Below are positions 59,530 to 64,000 of a stretch of DNA of 64,000 nt, one piece after another. Within the stretch, counting starts at the first letter, position 1, and each line of letters opens with the position of its first letter. A program made the position numbers and the translations under genes. The notes under the pieces were generated by a model, which worked only from the letters and a program-made list of their open reading frames with translations, ran no database searches and was not told where the DNA came from. The stretch is from Macrostomum lignano (taxonomy: Eukaryota): contig NIVC01002423.1 of assembly GCA_002269645.1 (NCBI GenBank), positions 47,322-111,321 on the forward strand, given 5' to 3'.

Positions 59530-62500
59530 ATGATGAAGAGCAGCGGTGAGAGGACACCACCCTGAGGAACGCCTGCAGCGGGCTTGAACCCTTTGCTGAT
59601 CGCCCCCCCCCCAGCCTGGATGGAGATTTCCCTATCTTCTAGGTAGCTGGACAACGTCCTGATCATGTTGTGTGGCAGGTCACTCTCCAGGGAACGATAC
59701 CTGAGGTAGCTGTGCCAGACACCGTCGAAGGCACCTTTGACGTCAAAGAAGACTCCTAGTGACACATGTCTCCATTGCTTTATTTTTAGTATATCGTCTG
59801 TGAGTCGCACAATGTTGTCAAACGTACAGTGATCTTGTCTGTACGCACATTGGTCTTCATTTATAATACCCTTGTTTTCTAAGATAATTCTAAGATTCCT
59901 AGCAATAATCTTTTCATAAAGTTTACCCAAGCAGGAGGTTAAGCTGATTGGTCTGTAGTTGTTGATTTCGTGCCTTGATTTCTTAGGTTTAGGAATCATT
60001 TGGATGGTTGCCCGCTTCCAGGCCTTGGGAAAATAGCCCAGAAGAAAGCTTGAATTGAAAATTTTTGCGATAAATCTAACAGAGTCCGGACTAAGCCCCC
60101 GTTTGAGGACAATATTTGGGATCTGGTCAGGGCCAGGGGCTCCTCCAGATCTCAGATTTCTAGTTTCCATGAGGACATCAATATCTAGGATGTTGAGGAT
60201 GTCAGATTCTATATCTTCCTTGTCAAGATCTTCAAGGTCAGCCCTATCTCTGTGGTAGGTCAGAGCTCTGACCGTGCAGTCATGGGGCCGGAAATTCTCA
60301 TGATTTTCCTTTGAAATGACCTTTTTGTAGAGAAAGGAATTGGTGTCCGGGTGAGGCTGCATTTGGTCCTCGAGGAAGTTTTGAAACAAATTTGCAGTTT
60401 CTTGCTCAGTTTCAGCAGTCACCCCTTTGTAGCTAATGGTAGGGAAAGAGACTGGTTTAATGGATTGTCCGGTCATTTTCTTGATGTCAATCCAAAATTG
60501 ACGCGGTTCTTTCCTATAGCTAGTTTTAGCAATTTTCTGACATAAATTCTCAAATTTTCTATACCTATGCATTCTAATAGCATTTCTAATTTCTTTAGCA
60601 GCTTGATTTGCCTGTACTCTAAAAGCGTCAATTCTGGTTTTTTAAAAAGTTTTCGAAGCTTTCTTCTGTTCTTGATTTTTTCTTCGATGTCTGGAGGTAG
60701 TTGTTCCCTCGAGTCTCTATCTGGGACCACCTCTTCAATTGTTTCATGTATTTTTTCCGTAAGCTTGTCAACCGCGTTGTCTAGATCCTTGGGTGTAGAG
60801 ATTCGGGAACAAATCATGCTACAGTTTTCTAGCTTATCTTGAAGAGTATACTTAAATGTCTCCCAATCAGTATGCCAAAAACTCTTAGGAGGCCTGGGTT
60901 TAACTTTGGAACTGGGGTCAATATAGACCCTAATGATAATAGGTAGGTGGTCACTGTCGAGGTCGTCGCCCACAAGGACATAACTGACAGAGTTAATAAA
61001 GTCAGGAGAACAAATTCCTAGATCTAGGACATTACCAATCGTGTTGCCCCCTCTATTATAAATCCTGGTGCATTCACCAAAGGAATTAAGGATAAAAGGG
61101 GGTTCGGGTGATTGTCGAGCCATTCATACAGCTGTTTGCCCGGGTAGTTATCTACACTATCTCCACCTAGCATAGCGTGTCTACAGTTGAGATCACCAAT
61201 AATTAAGGATCTGGGTTGAGAGAGCAGCTGCTCAAGCAAAGCAATGCTGATGTTGTCAGGGTTGGGGGCTCTGTAGAGAAGGGAGATCTTAAGGTGCTAC
61301 ATGGATTATTATTGGGAGTGACATCGAGGCTGACAAGCTCATGGTGAGAATTGTCATAATATTTATAAGCATTTGAGATTTTTAGAGTATTTTTGTAGAC
61401 GATAGCCAGTCCCCTTCTACAGTCAGGAGTGTCATACCTGATAATGGCATATCCTTGAACGTAAAACTTGTTATAGTTTTTAAGATCAGTTTCTGAGAAT
61501 AGACCAATGTCAATATCATCACTGTGCAACCACATGATAATCTCATGCATTTTATTGCTTAGTTTGTTACAGTTCAGGTGTCCTATATTAAGAGCACTAT
61601 TGGGAGATTTGTTATCGAAAGCCATAACGTAGTAATAAATTTTACTTCAGGGCTCAGATCTGCCTCCGCTCACCGAAGTGGCTTTGGCTTCACCTGCCCT
61701 GACAGCGGGCACTCTTCCCGGATTCATGAAGGTCGTCAGGACCTCCGTCACTACCCGAATAGCAAGCTGGCTTGCTTCCCAGGCAGTGAGCAGACGTCCC
61801 GGCTCGATATCCATGATCCAGTTGAGTGCCCCGAGAACTACCTCGAGCACGTCCCCCTGAGTGAAGCCCCTCTCACCGTTTCCAGCAGAAGTGGCGGCAT
61901 TATCAGAGTTAGTTGGATCAGCCTTGCTTGGATTGATCGTGGAAGCTGAGGTATCAAGCGGCGCTGTTGGTTGGGCGCAGCGGCAGCAGCAGCAGCAGTT
62001 GGCAATGCTGATTGGACAGAAGCGGCAGCAACAGCTGTAGGCGGCACTGCTGATTGGACGGCGGCAGCGGCGGCAGCGGCTTTGGACGCTTTGTTCTCAT
62101 ACGCGATTGGTCCTAGAGTTGGCGCCTTATTGACAGCCTCCGCATATGATGTGGGGCCAGGCATGCCAAAAGTCTGTCTCAACTAATGTCTGGGTATGTT
62201 CTACTTTTCTAGACTGTTCTAGTTTTAATTTTAGAGTTTGAACCCTGTGGTGCTCTCTCTCAGTTGCCCTCTCATTAGCGTGCTGTACCGCTGGGCATTT
62301 GTAGGAGAAGGCCGGGTGTTCACCTCCACAATTCGCACACTTGAAACCCGTGTCCTTCGGGCAGTCACCGGAATAGTGCGCCCCGGCACATTTGTTGCAA
62401 ACGAAGCCGGCGTTGCACCTGCTTTCAGTGTGCCCGAGGCCTTGGCACCTTTGGCACTGGATCTCCTTAACCGGTGGAAGATTGTGCGATTCTTCGCACC

Positions 62501-63410
62501 GGAATTTTAGCGCCCCAGCCTAATGCCGTTCTCCAGGCAGGTGTCATACGTAGCCCTAGATTTCGTGAACATTCTAATTAGCTGTGTCGGTTGGCCTGAG
62601 GCCTTAGAAATAATGCGTGCCGCACCATCAAATTGTAGATGTGCTTGGTTCTCGTCTAGGTATTGAAGCAGTTCCTCAGCTTCCACGGCTAGAGGAACGC
62701 CTTTGACGATGAAGGAACGGACCTGCGGCGACTTGAGAGGCTTTCGCAGCCGATCATCACCTTGGTGCAGTGGCCTATTCGACGGCAGGCGCCTAGTGAC
62801 AGAGTGCCCGTTTATTTCAGTGACTTTTAATGTAGATGTTAGTAAGCTGTTCATGTCGCTTGGTGAGTTAGTGAATACATAGTATCCAGAGCTATGGTAC
62901 AGCTCTTTTACCGACACGATGCGAGTGTTCGGAAAGTTGGCTTTTAAAAAACTTTCAAATTTAATTGGATTTTTGGCCTCAACAGGCATTTCAAATACTA
63001 CAGGCGAGATTTTGGTTAATTGTTAATGGTTAATAATGGTTAATAATTAATAATGGTTAATTAACCAAATGGTTAATTTGGTTAAGTATCTAATTTTGCA
63101 GTTGCTAAGTGGATAGCTAGTTTTGTTATCAGTGAGATCTGGACTTGGTAGACTAAATTGCATTCTTGTCGTTTTCCCTGTGTCTGCTAATTCACTACTC
63201 ATTACAGGCTGGTTTTCACCGACGTTGACCACCTGAGGTTCTTCGGTCACTGTTTGCACACAAGTCGTCGCATTACTGGGAGCCACAGGTCAGGACCTTT
63301 GGTCTGGACCGGAAGAAGACCGGTTGTTAGCCTTTTTGTTGCAGACCGGAGGTGAATCGGTGTCCCTTGACGCGCTTCTTTTGCTGTTGGCTTCTACTTC
63401 CATTGAAATT
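59530..63410 (-). mobile_element. Decayed Jockey/I-group LINE: ORF1, then ORF2 APE-RT, 3'-truncated
   Basis: ORF1 remnants 63404-61640. APE motifs HLNC, FSET, GDLNCRH and SDHLP. RT motifs APGPD, NYRPISLTSCLGK, FFDVKGAFD and GVPQGGVLSPLLF. Several frameshifts; no YADD. Confidence 0.88.
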
Positions 63411-63619
63411 AATTGCTATTACTAAAAGATTACAAAAAAAGCCTTGAAAACAGTAGGCTATTAAAACTATTATTTTAAAACTAATAAAACTGAATTAATA
63501 GTATAAAGCAAATAGGCCTACTAATAGTAGTGGATAGCTACCAAAATACAAGAAAAGACCCTAAGTGATTACTACACACTAAATTCTATAACTCGGGGGA
63601 GCCTGGCGCTGAGCTGCAG

Positions 63620-63852
63620 ACCTGCGCGAGGTGCCTGGCGCCGCCGCCGCCGCCGCCCAGCCGCGCCGCCGACGCCGCAGCCGCCGCAGACAAGCAGGAA
63701 CCGCCGCCGCACCCGCCGAGCACCAGACCGCGAAGCCGCCGAAGCCGCAGCCGCCGAGTCGCAGACGAAGACGACGCCCGGAGTCGCTGAAGCCGCGAAG
63801 TCGCGCCGAAGTCGCCGCAGAGAGCCGACGCAGAAGCCGATGCCAACGCCAG
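63620..63852 (+). other. GC-rich GCC/GAAGCC low-complexity stretch ending at a splice donor
   Basis: GCCGCC and GAAGCC runs, then CAG|GTAAGT at about 63852. Confidence 0.35.
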
Positions 63853-64000
63853 GTAAGTCGCCATCCACATTTTGCTTTCCAAAGAGCCCGACTGCTCTGT
63901 AGTTCTAAAGGAACCCCAATTTTAGCTACTTACCCCTGCTCTAATTATTTCCCGGTTGAAACTACTGATAGTAGGCAAAAAGCATATTTGAACCCGCATT

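Overview
Eukaryotic (metazoan) genomic DNA with spliceosomal introns. No rRNA, tRNA or CRISPR was seen. A flatworm such as Macrostomum is a guess from style only. Positions 1-12.1 kb hold the 3' part of an FHOD-type formin gene (+ strand, FH1-FH2-DAD, seven exons), and nearly every intron carries its own minisatellite. Positions 12-23.5 kb are MITE, Penelope and low-complexity debris, including a minimal hammerhead ribozyme motif. From about 24 to 59.5 kb the window is a nest of insertions over what looks like a decayed Polinton/Maverick (adintovirus-like) endogenous virus. Its recognisable parts are an rve integrase, a parvovirus-type PLA2, a penton-like capsid gene, a PrimPol-PriCT2-D5 primase-helicase split by about 11.4 kb of inserted DNA, and a protein-primed PolB lying tail-to-tail with the helicase. 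Inserted among these are an intron-containing hAT-like transposase, a piggyBac, an intact Chapaev transposon (226-bp TIRs, 4-bp TSD, 680-aa ORF) and a 5'-truncated RNase H-bearing LINE fused in frame to a resident exon (13-bp TSD). Also present are a repeat-flanked block with a tandem exon array and a RecQ C-terminal fragment, and a second decayed LINE whose RT is joined in frame to PolB. Family calls rest on motif recognition by eye; no database search was run.
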